From Chloroflexota bacterium (GTDB lineage: Bacteria; Chloroflexota; UBA11872), in assembly GCA_026707285.1 (NCBI GenBank), contig JAPOXD010000034.1, forward strand, positions 3,807-67,806: 64,000 nt of DNA. The letters are read 5' to 3'. Below the pieces are notes generated by a model. The model saw only the letters and a list, made by a program, of their open reading frames with translations. It did no database searches and had not been told where the DNA came from. Both the position numbers and the translations under genes were made by a program. Positions 47,571 through 56,486 of this stretch are shown here, piece by piece; positions within the stretch are counted from its first letter, which is position 1; every line of letters begins with the position of its first letter.

Positions 47571-49396
47571 GAGAGCCCGGCTGGACCCGCCGGTCGACCC
47601 TCGTAGACCCACGGATAGGGAGGGGTCACGGTCCGAAAAACCTCGTGGGCGCCTTCAGTAATTTCGAGCTCCAAGCCGGTGGTCTGGCGCAGACGCCGCG
47701 CGAGGTCGCGACCGTAGGACGTTCCGGTGGGTACGAGCACCCGGGCCACGCCGTGATCGCGGAGGGTACGGTCGAGATTGGGAGAATCAGCCTTGAGCCA
47801 CGTCCAGAGACCGTGACCAACTAATGTATCGCTCGCCACATATGGTGTGGTGATCGAAAGGATCTCGATGCGGTGCAGGACACGGTTGTGCGACGACCAT
47901 TCGGGAAGGCGCTGATCCCAAATCGCCAGGAAGGTGCGCGTCGTGCCGTCGGCGTTGCGTCGGTCAAGCTCCGCCGGCACGGTGTGAAATGAGGCCGGGA
48001 AGCGTTCCGGTACATTCTGGGCCTTCTCGTCGAGCAGGGTCCAATTGATCCCAGGCAGCATGTAGGCCACAAGCCCGACGCCAATCGCGATGGTCTGCAT
48101 GGGGCCTAGGATCGGGAAGCTGCGAGGCGCGTCGCGCGTAAACACGACGGGGGCGAGGGCAATTCCCGGGATATAGGCGAGAGCCAACGAGCCCGAGAGC
48201 TTGTCCGGTTCGATGCCGACCCATCCGAACGGTGCGTCGGCCATCAGCGCCAAATATGTTGGGCGGGACGCTTCATCGAAGGTGGCTATCTGAAAGAGCG
48301 CCGTGACGCCGCCGACGACGACCGCATAGCCCAGCACCTGACGGTGATCCGGCAGGCGGCAAAGCCCCAGCAACAGCAATGCCGCGGGAATCATGCCTGC
48401 CAGACGCCAGCCTGGCAGCGCATCTGGAACCGACTGCTCTCGGAGCGACAGCAAGGATCTCTCGCCGGTGAGGGTGAGGGTGTTGTCGACCGATTTGCCG
48501 GACTGAATCACCGGCAGGGTGTCGCGTGTGGCGAGGTACATAGGCCCGGTCGGCGATCCGGCGATATTGGCGGTGATGTAGGGAACGAGGGTGAATGCGG
48601 CAAGAACGGTGTAGCCAATCAGGAATACCGCAGCGGTGAAGATGATCGGGCGCCGAGGGCCACGGGTCGTCACCAGGGAATAGACCAGCCACCCGGTACC
48701 CGTGAGCGCGCCAATCGCCATGTAGTGTGGCGAGGCCGAAATGGCGAACGCGAGAATTGCCGATGCTGCCAGCGCTCGCCGCACCCTGGCGCGGCGTGTT
48801 TGCGATCGTGTCGCCGAAACGATCAGGCCAAGGAACAGCGGGAGCATCAAAGCGCTCACCCAAACATGCAACTGCTCTGATCGCGCCAGGATCCACGGGT
48901 TGTGAACCCAGAACAGGCCGGCAAGCAGAAGACCGACACGGGCCGCGACCGGGTGCGCGGCGCGCATTTCCGGTCCAAGGAGCAACCGCGCGCCAAAGTG
49001 CCCGGCAAGGAACCCGAGCAGGTGCCAGCTCATCCAGTGGAACTTGCCCGCCACCTCGGTCGAGAGTCCAAATATCCAAACAATGAGACCCCAGGGAGCG
49101 TCCGCATACGTGCGTGACATGAAAACGAGATTGCTGCCACGCGAGGTGTCCCAAGCACCGATGAACTTCCGAAGCCATAGTTCCGCGGCAAACGGATACT
49201 CCCGATCCCCAAGAATGAGTTCGCCCGGCGTCGCCACCACGCGCCAAGCAAGCGCCATGGTGACCAGCAGTCCAAGCGCAATCCAAGCTGCGTCGTGAGC
49301 CACGACGCGCCGCGCACGCTCGGTCACGAACTCCAACCCCCCGAGCCTAGACCTGCACGCGAAGAGGCGTCCCGTTGCGGCGCCATACCCTTGCAA
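47252..49396 (-). CDS. family-A polytopic membrane protein A2 (putative GT-C-like glycosyltransferase)
   Basis: 714 aa from the TTG at 49396. The start is uncertain; a possible GTG lies at about 49330. Motifs are NPWILARSEQLHVWVSALMLPL and SPHYMAIG. Its last 105 aa are identical to A3. Confidence 0.6.
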   Translation of the reverse strand: MQGYGAATGRLFACRSRLGGLEFVTERARRVVAHDAAWIALGLLVTMALAWRVVATPGELILGDREYPFAAELWLRKFIGAWDTSRGSNLVFMSRTYADAPWGLIVWIFGLSTEVAGKFHWMSWHLLGFLAGHFGARLLLGPEMRAAHPVAARVGLLLAGLFWVHNPWILARSEQLHVWVSALMLPLFLGLIVSATRSQTRRARVRRALAASAILAFAISASPHYMAIGALTGTGWLVYSLVTTRGPRRPIIFTAAVFLIGYTVLAAFTLVPYITANIAGSPTGPMYLATRDTLPVIQSGKSVDNTLTLTGERSLLSLREQSVPDALPGWRLAGMIPAALLLLGLCRLPDHRQVLGYAVVVGGVTALFQIATFDEASRPTYLALMADAPFGWVGIEPDKLSGSLALAYIPGIALAPVVFTRDAPRSFPILGPMQTIAIGVGLVAYMLPGINWTLLDEKAQNVPERFPASFHTVPAELDRRNADGTTRTFLAIWDQRLPEWSSHNRVLHRIEILSITTPYVASDTLVGHGLWTWLKADSPNLDRTLRDHGVARVLVPTGTSYGRDLARRLRQTTGLELEITEGAHEVFRTVTPPYPWVYEGRPAGPAGLSWRREGMHRLVIDVPPGADEPREIVTQEYWDPLWTAQLPGHEATVERSELGLLSVQLGPGASGPLVLESGLQRALIVGHAITWAGLLAWAVWSAWPKLPWRPRAYS

Positions 49397-49626
49397 GCGG
49401 CGTGACGCTCATCAGCGAGGAAGCGTTAGATCGACAACGGCCCGAAACCTCAGGAAGGTCTGAACAAGCCCGTGAGCCCCGCCCAATCCGTTCGCCCCGT
49501 ATCAAGTACGGTCAAGCCCTGGGCGAAGTCGAAGGGCGTTCATGGTTGGGCAAACTTACCACGAAGGGATGGATGCCAAGGCCTTCCGACTTGCTCAGAG
49601 GCTCCCTAAGCGTAGGACTCCGATGC

Positions 49627-49878
49627 CTAGGAAAGCTGTGAAGAAGGCAGGGCTGAGGCGCCTGGGCGGACGCACGGCACGGTCTTGGGGCTGGGGAGGC
49701 CCGGTCGGACGGTCGGGGCCGCCGATCCAGGCCCCTGGGACCGCTGGCGGCCCCGCGCCGGGTGCAATGCGCCCACGTCAGGCGGGCTCGGACCTGCGAC
49801 GGGCACGCGCTCCTGTGCCACCACAGCCGCCAAGGCCAGCGCCAACGCCGTCACAACCAGCCACGCGGCAACTCTCAC
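49627..49878 (-). pseudogene. truncated remnant of companion gene downstream of A3
   Basis: The first ~30 codons (VRVAAWLVVTALALALAAVVAQERVPVAGPS) are identical to the A2 companion. It then diverges into non-homologous sequence and stops after 84 aa. Confidence 0.45.
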
Positions 49879-50190
49879 GAGTAGGCCCGAGGGCGCCACG
49901 GCAACTTCGGCCACGCCGACCAAACAGCCCACGCAAGCAGCCCGGCCCACGTAATCGCGTGCCCCACGATGAGGGCGCGCTGTAGGCCGGATTCAAGCAC
50001 CAGGGGTCCGGAGGCGCCGGGGCCCAGCTGCACGCTCAGCAAACCCAACTCGGAACGCTCAACGGTAGCTTCATGGCCGGGCAGCTGGGCGGTCCACAGA
50101 GGGTCCCAATACTCCTGGGTGACGATTTCACGCGGCTCATCCGCACCTGGCGGCACGTCGATCACGAGGCGGTGCATGCCCTCGCGCCGC
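49780..50190. repeat. near-identical duplicated block, copy 2 (3' end of A3 plus companion remnant)
   Basis: Near-identical to 47160-47570. Confidence 0.7.
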
Positions 50191-52034
50191 CACGGGAGTC
50201 CCGTCGGACCCGCCGGTCGACCCTCGTAGACCCACGGATAGGGGGGGTCCAGGGTCCGAAAAACCTCGTGATAGTCCTCGGCAAATTCGAGCTCCAAGCC
50301 ATCGGTCGTCCGCAGACGCTGCGCGGATTCTTGTCCGCGGGTCGTGTCCGTGGCCACCAGCACCCGCTCCACGCCATGGGCGCGCAAGACATCGCTTACG
50401 TTGGGTGCGCCACCTTCCAAGAGCGCCACAAGGCGGTTGCCAACCGGCAGATTGCTCACCGCATACGGCGTGATCACGGAGACGCGCTCGATCAAGGGCA
50501 GGACACGACCCTGCGACGACCATTCGGGAAGGCGCTGATCCCAGATCGCCAGGAGGGTGCGCGACGCCCAGTCGGCGTTGCGCCGGTCAATCTCCGCCGG
50601 CACGGTGTGAAATGAGGCTGGGAAGCGCTCGGGCACATGCTGCGCCCTCTCGTCGAGAAGCCCCCACTGGACCGCCGGCAGCATATAGATCGCCAGCGCG
50701 AGCCCCACGGCAGCCGTCTGGATCGCGCCCACAGCCGGCACGGTGCGGGGCGCGTGCCGGGTGAACATCACCGGTGCCAGGGCAATGCCTGGGAGATAGG
50801 CGAGCGCCAACACGCCGGTGAGCCTATCTGGACTCCTGAGCGCCCATCCGAACGGCGCATTGACCACAAAATCCAAGTACGCCGGGCGCGTTGCTTCAGC
50901 AAATGTGGCGATCTGAAACAGTGCCGTAAGGCCGCAGAGAATCGCGGAATACCCAAGCAGCAGTCGGTGGCTCGGCAGACGCAAGAGCGCAAGCGCCAGC
51001 AGCGCCACGGGCACAAAGGAGGCTATGCGCCATCCCGCGAGCGCGCTTGGCGTGGAAGGTCTGAAAAGCGAATCCCAGCCTTCGTGTCCGGTCAGCGCGA
51101 GGGTGTTGCTGAATGACAAGAACGGGTGTACTGCGGAGAGGTTTTCAATTCCAGATAAGTAGGTGGGACTTGTCGCCGATCCGCCGATGGTTGCGACGAC
51201 ATAAGGCACCAGGAAGAACGCGGCAAGGACGGCGTAACCGCCAATGAACACGGCGGCGGTAATCATGAGCGGGCGACGGCGACCGCGGGCCATCACGGTG
51301 GCATAGACAAACCAGCCGATGCCCGAGAGCACTCCAATTGCCATGTAATGCGGCGATGTCGAGACGACGAACGCGAGCGCGGCCGCTGCCGCCAACGCGT
51401 GTCGCACGCGGCCGCGCCGACTGTTTGAGCGTGCCGCGGATACTGCCAAGCCCACGACGAGCGGAAGCGCCATTGCACTCACGTGAACGTACAACTGGCC
51501 CCAGCGCCCAAGGCTCCAGGGGTTGATGGCCCAGAAGAGGCCCGCCAGCACAAGGCCAGCGCGGACGGCGACCGGGTGCGCAGCGCGCATCTCTGGTCCA
51601 ACCATCAACCGGGCGCCCACGTACCCGGCCAGGAAACCCAGGAGGTGCCAGCTCAGCCAGTGGAGTTTGCCCGCGGATTCCGACGAGAGACCAAGCACCT
51701 GGACTACAAAGCCCCAGGGAGCATCCACGTAGGTACGCACGATCGTGACGAGCGTGCTCCCAGACGAGGTGTCCCAGGCACTGATGAACCAACGAGTCCA
51801 GAACTCGTCAGCGAACGGATATCCGGCGTCCCACCGAGCAAGCTCGCCCGGCGTCGCCACGACGCGCCAGGCCACCGCGACAGCGATCAGCAGCCCTAGC
51901 GCGATCCAGGCCACATCGTGGGCCAAGACGCGCCGCGCAAGTTCGGCAAAGGACGCCGAATCCGGCGCCCAGTAACGCATCCGGAGGAATACTCTTGTGA
52001 AGCGCCCTCTCGCTTCAGGCGAGGTGACGCTCAT
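49875..52034 (-). CDS. family-A polytopic membrane protein A3 (putative GT-C-like glycosyltransferase)
   Basis: 719 aa. ATG at 52032-52034 (MSVTSPEARGRF). Motifs are NPWSLGRWGQLYVHVSAMALPL and SPHYMAIG. Confidence 0.65.
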   Translation of the reverse strand: MSVTSPEARGRFTRVFLRMRYWAPDSASFAELARRVLAHDVAWIALGLLIAVAVAWRVVATPGELARWDAGYPFADEFWTRWFISAWDTSSGSTLVTIVRTYVDAPWGFVVQVLGLSSESAGKLHWLSWHLLGFLAGYVGARLMVGPEMRAAHPVAVRAGLVLAGLFWAINPWSLGRWGQLYVHVSAMALPLVVGLAVSAARSNSRRGRVRHALAAAAALAFVVSTSPHYMAIGVLSGIGWFVYATVMARGRRRPLMITAAVFIGGYAVLAAFFLVPYVVATIGGSATSPTYLSGIENLSAVHPFLSFSNTLALTGHEGWDSLFRPSTPSALAGWRIASFVPVALLALALLRLPSHRLLLGYSAILCGLTALFQIATFAEATRPAYLDFVVNAPFGWALRSPDRLTGVLALAYLPGIALAPVMFTRHAPRTVPAVGAIQTAAVGLALAIYMLPAVQWGLLDERAQHVPERFPASFHTVPAEIDRRNADWASRTLLAIWDQRLPEWSSQGRVLPLIERVSVITPYAVSNLPVGNRLVALLEGGAPNVSDVLRAHGVERVLVATDTTRGQESAQRLRTTDGLELEFAEDYHEVFRTLDPPYPWVYEGRPAGPTGLPWRREGMHRLVIDVPPGADEPREIVTQEYWDPLWTAQLPGHEATVERSELGLLSVQLGPGASGPLVLESGLQRALIVGHAITWAGLLAWAVWSAWPKLPWRPRAYS

Positions 52035-52091
52035 GGGTGAAGTAGCGTTGGGTCTCGTACCGCTCGAAACCTGGCCGCTGGCCGGAAGTGC

Positions 52092-53816
52092 CTAGCCGGC
52101 GCCAACAGCCGGCACCGCCTCGGGTGCGGCGGGTTCCAGCAAGCTGGCGTCGATCGGCGCGGTTGACCCGCCGGCGGTGAAGAGCCTGGCGGGAAGTTCG
52201 GCGACACCCGTGTCGACCGGTGCGGCGCCGGCGTCACCGCCCTCCAGCTGCCCCTTCCGAAAGTCGAGCATGTGGCCGACGATGTAGCGCGACCCGCGCA
52301 CCACATAGTAGCGGAAGTGGTCGCGGCTCTTGCCCGCATGCAGCAGCTTGCGGGTCACATAGCGCGGCGTGAGAAAGCTGGTGTAGAGCGACTGCACCAG
52401 CCCCATGATCTCCGGCGTGGGGATTGGCGACCGCAGCACGGGCTCTCGCATGTCGTAGCGTTCCCAGTGCTCCGGGCCGTCGAACCGGAGCCAGTCGTGC
52501 TCGCGCGCCTGGGCGTAGAGCTGAGTGCCCGGGTAGGGAATGACGATGGTGCCCTGAAGGGTATTGATCCAGCCGCGGTCGAAGGTCTCGCGCGTGAAGT
52601 CGATGGTCCGCTTGGCCTCCTCGAACGTCTCCCACGGGTAGCCGACCATGCACGTCACGTGGGGTTCCAGCCCGGCCTCGCTGGCCCACTTCACCGATTC
52701 CCACTGCTGGCGCACGGTCGTGCCCTTGTTGAGCAGATCGAGGGTGCGCTGATTGGCCGACTCGATGCCGTAGAGAATGAAGCGGAAGTTGCTGTCCCCC
52801 AGCATTTCGTATTCGGCCTGGGACAGGGCATCGGCGCGCATGTTGCAGCCCATCATCAGGACCTTGTGCAGACCGCGCTCGCGGAACCCGGTGCAAAAGT
52901 CGGTGAGCCAGCGCCCCGCGGGGAACGTGCCCGTGTCGTCGAACACTTCCTCGACGCCGAGATCGACGAGCTGCTCCAATTCGTCCAGATAGTCGTCAAC
53001 GGGCCTGACGGACCACGTAGGCAGCATGCTGGTCCAGGAGCAGAAGGTGCACCCGCCGCCGCCGCGCCGCGGCCCCCCGGGCACCCGCCGCCGCCACCAG
53101 CAGTCGGCGCTGGTTGAGCCGGTAGCCCAGCCGTAGGTGCCCTTCTTCAGGAAGTTGCCGTTGCGATAGGCGTAGAGCTCCCACTTGGCGAGCTGACGGT
53201 CGATATGCGGACGAACGGCTTCCCGGACCGGCGGATCGGGCTCTTCGCCGGAATTGACGATCTCGGTCTCGTCATGACGCCAAAACACGCCGCCTCCAAG
53301 GTCGTCGCGACCCTCCAGGAAGTCGGCGAGATTCAAGATGGCAAAGTCGAACTGGCCGCCCCGGATCACATAGTCGACGGGACAAAAGAGAAACGGCTCT
53401 TCGGGAAACGCGGTGACGTGGTCGCCCACCAGCGCGATGGTCATCTCGGGAAACCGCGCCTTGAGGTCGGCGATCGCGTGGTAGAGGGGCGGCGCGCTCG
53501 GCGTCTTGGTTTCGATCATCATCAGGTCGGGACACGCCAGTTCGACCTCGCGGCAGTAGGATTCCCAGTCCCACCCTTCGGCGATCCCATCCAGCCAGAC
53601 GGCCTCGTGGCCATGCCGTTGCAGGAGGGTGGCCGCCAGCGCGGGCAACACGGGAAAAATGACGGTGGCGTTGTCGCCGACGAAGCGGTTCAGCGCACCC
53701 ACGAGCCCATGGCCCTCGCTGCGGCCCGTCGAAAAGACCTGGTATTGCCGATTCTGACTGAGGAGCGGGATGCCCTTGGCGCTCTCGAACGGCGGAAAGC
53801 TGATGGCAACTCTCAC
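52092..53816 (-). CDS. B12-binding domain radical SAM protein (class B rSAM-like)
   Basis: 574 aa. N-terminal B12-binding-like domain (LVGDHVTAFPEE) followed by a radical SAM core. The Cys motif is atypical: C-x17-C-x2-C (ADCWWRRRVPGGPRRGGGGCTFC). Confidence 0.7.
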   Translation of the reverse strand: MRVAISFPPFESAKGIPLLSQNRQYQVFSTGRSEGHGLVGALNRFVGDNATVIFPVLPALAATLLQRHGHEAVWLDGIAEGWDWESYCREVELACPDLMMIETKTPSAPPLYHAIADLKARFPEMTIALVGDHVTAFPEEPFLFCPVDYVIRGGQFDFAILNLADFLEGRDDLGGGVFWRHDETEIVNSGEEPDPPVREAVRPHIDRQLAKWELYAYRNGNFLKKGTYGWATGSTSADCWWRRRVPGGPRRGGGGCTFCSWTSMLPTWSVRPVDDYLDELEQLVDLGVEEVFDDTGTFPAGRWLTDFCTGFRERGLHKVLMMGCNMRADALSQAEYEMLGDSNFRFILYGIESANQRTLDLLNKGTTVRQQWESVKWASEAGLEPHVTCMVGYPWETFEEAKRTIDFTRETFDRGWINTLQGTIVIPYPGTQLYAQAREHDWLRFDGPEHWERYDMREPVLRSPIPTPEIMGLVQSLYTSFLTPRYVTRKLLHAGKSRDHFRYYVVRGSRYIVGHMLDFRKGQLEGGDAGAAPVDTGVAELPARLFTAGGSTAPIDASLLEPAAPEAVPAVGAG

Positions 53817-53917
53817 GCGGGTTTATCGTTCCAAGGGTGGTGAAGCAGCAGCATCAATGGACTGGCGTCAGGCTAGTTCCGCCGCGCGACACGTCGGCTC
53901 TATGATTCTAGAACACT

Positions 53918-54952
53918 ATGGGTGACTCCCAACCCCCGCCCCAAGCGCCCGCCGCAGATCATCACGGACGCCAGGCGCCGCCTGCGTCGGCGTTCGTGGA
54001 CGTGTCCATCATCATCGTCGCGGCGCGCCGGACCGCCTATCTCGACGAGGCGCTGGCGGCCATCGCGCGCCTGAAACGTCCGCCGCGGGAGACGATCGTG
54101 GTCCTTGACGAGGAGCCGCCGGGCGATCTGGGTTCAAGCCGGTGCATCGTGAGTGACCTAACCGGTCCGGCGCAAAAGCGCGACATGGGGGCGGCGGCCG
54201 CCGGCGGAGCCTGGCTGGCGTTCCTCGACGACGACGCGTATCCCGCCCCCGGCTGGCTCGAAGCGTCCGTTCCCCACTTCGAGAGTCCAGCCGTGTCGGC
54301 GGTCGGGGGTCCGGGCGTCACCCCGCCCCACGACGAATTTCGCGCGCAGGTTTCCGGGTGGACCTACGCGTCGTGGATCGTGTCCGGCCCCACGCGTTTC
54401 CGCTATGTGCCGGGTCGGCGACGCGCCGTGGACGACTATCCGTCGATGAATCTGATGGTGCGCCGCTCGGTGTTCGAGGCCGTTGGCGGGTTCGACAGCG
54501 CCTTCTATCCGGGGGAGGACACCAAGCTGTGCCTGGAAGTCGTTCGCCGCGGCGGCGGCATCGTGTATGAGCCCGGCGCGCTCGTCTATCACCATCGGCG
54601 GCCGGTGATGCGCGGTCACCTGCGGCAGATCGCGCACTATGGGCGGCATCGCGGCTATTTCGCCCGCGTGTTTCCGGAAACCTCGCGTCGGCTCCAATAC
54701 TTCATCCCCAGCCTGTGGCTGCTGTGGCTGGTCATCGGCGCGCTGGCGTCGGTTTGGGTCGAGCCGATTCGTTGGATGTTGCTTGGCAGCCTGGCGATCT
54801 ATGGTCTAGCGGTCGCGGGAAGTGCGATACACGCGACGCGCGGCTCTGGCAGCGCCGGGCTCGGAGCGGCGGTTGCACCTGCGATTGTCGCCAGCCACCT
54901 CTGCTATGGCTGGCACTTCTGGCGCGGTCTGCTCGACCCGCGACGACCCTGA
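53918..54952 (+). CDS. GT2-family glycosyltransferase with C-terminal TM segments
   Basis: GT-A fold with a DxD region (LDDDAYPAPGWL) and ED/QxxRW-like residues. The C-terminus is hydrophobic. Confidence 0.75.
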   Translation: MGDSQPPPQAPAADHHGRQAPPASAFVDVSIIIVAARRTAYLDEALAAIARLKRPPRETIVVLDEEPPGDLGSSRCIVSDLTGPAQKRDMGAAAAGGAWLAFLDDDAYPAPGWLEASVPHFESPAVSAVGGPGVTPPHDEFRAQVSGWTYASWIVSGPTRFRYVPGRRRAVDDYPSMNLMVRRSVFEAVGGFDSAFYPGEDTKLCLEVVRRGGGIVYEPGALVYHHRRPVMRGHLRQIAHYGRHRGYFARVFPETSRRLQYFIPSLWLLWLVIGALASVWVEPIRWMLLGSLAIYGLAVAGSAIHATRGSGSAGLGAAVAPAIVASHLCYGWHFWRGLLDPRRP

Positions 54953-54998
54953 AGCAGTTGCCGGCCGGCGGCGGCAGGGTCGGACACTCCGAGGCTGC

Positions 54999-56450
54999 CT
55001 AGCTTGTCAGGGGATCGCCTCGCTCATGTTGACAATGCCAGCACTGCTCAAGGCCACCCGTTCCTTCGCGGAGTCTCTCCGGTTGCGGGCGAACGACCCG
55101 CTGCAAGTACGGGCAGTCATGATGGGTGTGATGCTTGTAACTCGGCAGTGCGGGGCCGCCATCGGGCGCGGCAGCATGCCAAGCATGGGCCGCACTGGCC
55201 CGAGTTTCGGTGAGCACCAGATCGACCACGCGGCGCAGGGCCTCTTCGCGCGCGTCTCCTTCCAGCCGCCGGAGGCGATAGAGATCGAGCTGCCGGTCGG
55301 CCCCTGATCCCTCGCGGATGATGGTGCGCGCGTGGCGCAGCTCCGGCTCGCAGCCAAGCGCGCGGGCGTCGTCGGCGAGGTCCTCCACGAGCTCGTCGGT
55401 CAAGTCGCTGATGTCCTTCCGGCCGCCGCCGCGCTCGTCCCCAAAGAAGGCGAGGACGCCGTAGCGCTGGGCCAGCCAGCGGTTCTCGGCAATGATCTCG
55501 GTCGGCGGCTCCGGCGGCAGGGCTCCGTCCCGGTGCCGGCGGAGCAATCGCCGGACCAGCGATGCGTAGATGGCCACGATGCACATTGCGTCGTCGATAC
55601 GCGTGCAGACATCGCAGATGCGCATCTCGATGGTCGGATGGGCATGGGAGGGGCGAATGTCCCACCACAGCTCGCTGCCGTCGGTGATGAAGTCCATGCG
55701 CCGATAGTCGGCCACCAGCCGGTCGTATTCGGCGCGCGACCACAGGGGGCCGGGCAGGCTGGTCCGCGGCAAGTTGCCCACCAGGTTCAGGCGGTAGGAC
55801 TTGAAGCCGGTGTCGTGGCCTCCGTTGAACGGCGAGTTGGTGGAAAGCGCGTGGATCAGCGGCAGGTAGCGCCGCATGGCGGTCATCACGCGAACCCGCT
55901 CATCCGGGTCGCCAAATCCCGCGTGGACGTGCATGCCGCCGATCAGGAACCGCCGCACGCTCTCCTGATACGTCGTGGTGAATCGCTCGTAGCGCTCGCG
56001 CGGGGTGGTGGCCTGCGCCCTCCAAGCCGCAAACGGATGGGTCGAGGCGGCCATCACCGCCGCCCCATAGGTTTCGGCCGCCTGGGTCACGACCCGTCGC
56101 GTCTCCAGCAGGGCGGCGCGAACCTCGGCCACCGTTGCGCACACCCGGGAGATTGCCTCGACCTGCGTGCGCAGCAGCTCCCGCGAAATCTCGTGCGGCC
56201 CGCTGTGCGCCGCTGCGGTTTCGAAAATGCGAATGTCAGGGTCGGCGAGAAGGTCGCGCGACGCGGGGTCGACGAGAAAAAACTCCTCCTCGACCCCGAG
56301 CGTGATCGCCAGGTCGTCCTGAGAGTCGCTGGGCGTACCGCCCTGCACCGCTAGCCCGATCCTTTCATGGCCGTTACGAACGACAGCGTTGCCAAAGCCC
56401 TCAAAACATACCCTGCGTCCGCGCATGACCAAAACCGCACACGACGGCAC
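54999..56450 (-). CDS. carboxylate-amine ligase, YbdK/GCS2 family
   Basis: LGVEEEFFLVD...NSPF...HVH are GCS2 hallmarks. The start is uncertain; 56426 is a possible alternative. Confidence 0.65.
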   Translation of the reverse strand: MPSCAVLVMRGRRVCFEGFGNAVVRNGHERIGLAVQGGTPSDSQDDLAITLGVEEEFFLVDPASRDLLADPDIRIFETAAAHSGPHEISRELLRTQVEAISRVCATVAEVRAALLETRRVVTQAAETYGAAVMAASTHPFAAWRAQATTPRERYERFTTTYQESVRRFLIGGMHVHAGFGDPDERVRVMTAMRRYLPLIHALSTNSPFNGGHDTGFKSYRLNLVGNLPRTSLPGPLWSRAEYDRLVADYRRMDFITDGSELWWDIRPSHAHPTIEMRICDVCTRIDDAMCIVAIYASLVRRLLRRHRDGALPPEPPTEIIAENRWLAQRYGVLAFFGDERGGGRKDISDLTDELVEDLADDARALGCEPELRHARTIIREGSGADRQLDLYRLRRLEGDAREEALRRVVDLVLTETRASAAHAWHAAAPDGGPALPSYKHHTHHDCPYLQRVVRPQPERLREGTGGLEQCWHCQHERGDPLTS

Positions 56451-56486
56451 AGGTGAGAGCCTCGCGACACGGGATCGGTCGCGGCC

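Noticed and set aside
55332-56354. 340-aa plus-strand ORF opposite the YbdK ligase
   Set aside because: Antisense artefact.
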